Source: Marsupella aquatica
Lineage: Eukaryota > Plantae > Marchantiophyta
DNA: 64,000 bases
Direction: 5' to 3'
NCBI GenBank assembly: GCA_973895155.1
Contig: OZ316896.1
Span: 20,900,152 to 20,964,151 of the forward strand
The position numbers and the translations under genes are program-made. This document shows positions 63,488 to 64,000 of the stretch, in pieces (within the stretch, counting starts at the first letter, position 1; each line of letters starts with the position of its first letter). The notes beneath the pieces were generated by a model that saw nothing but the letters and a program-made list of their open reading frames with translations, was not told where the DNA came from and searched no databases.

Positions 63488-64000
63488 CTACTTGTCCATC
63501 CTTTGGAGATAACTTTGGACAGTTTGTAGAACATTTCGAGGAATCTTCAAACCTCTGCCCGCCATGTTTTCTTCTTTCATGCCAGATTTAAAACCATACA
63601 TTGCAGAATTTGCATACTGCCAATGTTGAGCGTTCTCACCAAACCCTGGATCTCGTTCCCATGTCTTAGTGGACATGAAGCAGTTTAGATACCGTGCACT
63701 CTCAGTCACATCAAGTTTAGAGTGTTTAGGCCTCCACCATTCGACTGGAAACATTGGAGCATATTGTTGAGGCAGAGGAGGGTTTGTTGGAGATGTAGTT
63801 GGGACTTCATGCTTAGGGTCCACCGAACCCAAAGCTCTCACCAACCAAAAATGACCTCCACCATTTTTATTCTCCCAGTCATCCTCAGGTCGAAGAAATA
63901 CAAAGTTCCCTTCATGAATATCCTGTAGGGGAATCCACCGTCCTTGTTCTCTCTTAGCTCGAGATCCAACAAATGGTGTTGCTTGATCTTTCATCTCTTC
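63488..64000 (-). CDS. C-terminal part of a Sola-like transposase, paralog of 2198-3481
   Basis: FVFLRPED..FWLVRA..VEWWRP..WERDPGF matches YILVRPDT..IYLGKV..VEWYRP..WERDPGY. The ORF's 3' ~40 bp are duplicated immediately downstream (~63448-63487). Confidence 0.85.
   Translation of the reverse strand, partial: EEMKDQATPFVGSRAKREQGRWIPLQDIHEGNFVFLRPEDDWENKNGGGHFWLVRALGSVDPKHEVPTTSPTNPPLPQQYAPMFPVEWWRPKHSKLDVTESARYLNCFMSTKTWERDPGFGENAQHWQYANSAMYGFKSGMKEENMAGRGLKIPRNVLQTVQSYLQRMDK

Larger units (their letters stand above)
62818..64000 (-). mobile_element. End of a second Sola-like element, continuing beyond the window
   Basis: AACCTATTCATTAAAAGT at 62818 resembles the first element's TIR. It is followed by subterminal repeats and a transposase-type C-terminus in the same layout as 1716-3495. 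Confidence 0.65.

Overview
Eukaryotic land-plant DNA, most likely a bryophyte such as a liverwort (inferred from PLS-PPR, NLR and SERAC1-like hydrolase sequences, GT-AG introns and AAACCCT repeats). The left ~46 kb is a nested transposon stack with most junctions resolvable to the base. A Ty1/copia element (41.5-45.8 kb, +) is interrupted by a Ty3/gypsy element (1-41511, -). The gypsy pol is split by a 1.0-kb TIR element with an 8-bp TSD, a 2.1-kb AGT...ACT solo-LTR-like insert with a 5-bp TSD, and a 31.9-kb DNA transposon (1716-33654) with 24-bp TIRs and a 4-bp GAAT TSD. The giant element encodes a two-exon Sola-like DDD transposase and a divergently oriented multi-exon accessory gene: NLS, ParB/Srx-like GGQH domain, possible degenerate beta-class DNA methyltransferase-like region, 31-aa repeats, FCP1/NIF-like HAD domain. 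That gene is itself disrupted by a CACTA element and a MITE. By manual reading, the element's introns and gene-flanking DNA carry at least 15 perfect copies of the palindrome AACCATGGTT, which I did not find elsewhere in the window. This is a candidate element-encoded DNA-binding protein plus self-recognition site system. The right part holds a hydrolase fragment, a LINE remnant, a frameshifted PDF-motif/PLS-PPR fusion, a degenerate NB-ARC-LRR gene and the end of a second Sola-like element. Domain names come from motif recognition only; no searches were run.
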